Source: Chloroflexota bacterium (GTDB lineage Bacteria > Chloroflexota > Dehalococcoidia > UBA2979). Taken from it: a stretch of 14,044 bases of DNA. Below the pieces are notes generated by a model that was not told where the DNA came from, ran no database searches, and saw only the letters and a program-made list of their open reading frames with translations. Shown piece by piece: positions 13,971 to 14,044 of the stretch. The position numbers and the translations under genes are program-made. Location: assembly GCA_027593235.1 (NCBI GenBank), contig JAQCIU010000058.1, positions 1 to 14,044 of the forward strand, written 5' to 3'. Numbering within the stretch: position 1 is the first letter of the stretch; every line of letters starts with the position of its first letter.

Positions 13971-14044
13971 GCGCAGGCGATCGAGAACGGGTGTAATGTC
14001 AGATCGCCAAGTTCTATCGGAGGACGAGATGAGTTTGCTCGATC

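Noticed and set aside
14010-14044. Sigma-28-like -10 (TCCGATAG, minus strand) upstream of the TadG-like gene
   Set aside because: No convincing -35 at the right spacing, and the region is truncated by the window edge and may be coding.

Overview
GC-rich bacterial chromosomal window. Gene content and style suggest an uncultured Chloroflexota (Dehalococcoidia-like) or similar high-GC organism; this is an inference. From left to right: the end of a translationally coupled five-gene membrane-protein operon (including a PH-domain protein and a DUF4389 protein), an aldo/keto reductase, a secreted protein with 7 IPT/TIG repeats and a distinct two-Cys C-terminal domain behind an ECF-sigma-type promoter and a long structured leader, a DUF1330 protein, a large alpha/beta-hydrolase-domain protein, a divergent and probably leaderless orphan gene, an FAD-dependent oxidoreductase, an amidohydrolase, type I pantothenate kinase (coaA), a tandem pair of paralogous 61/68-aa microproteins, and a Tad/TadG-like pilin-vWA protein. 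The most striking unexplained element is the microprotein pair. The two proteins align without gaps and share a Trp/Arg-rich C-terminal motif (GWIWxGVRWPFRLxARxVR) whose DNA differs mostly at synonymous positions, so they are likely real genes under selection. No rRNA, tRNA, CRISPR array or transposase was seen.
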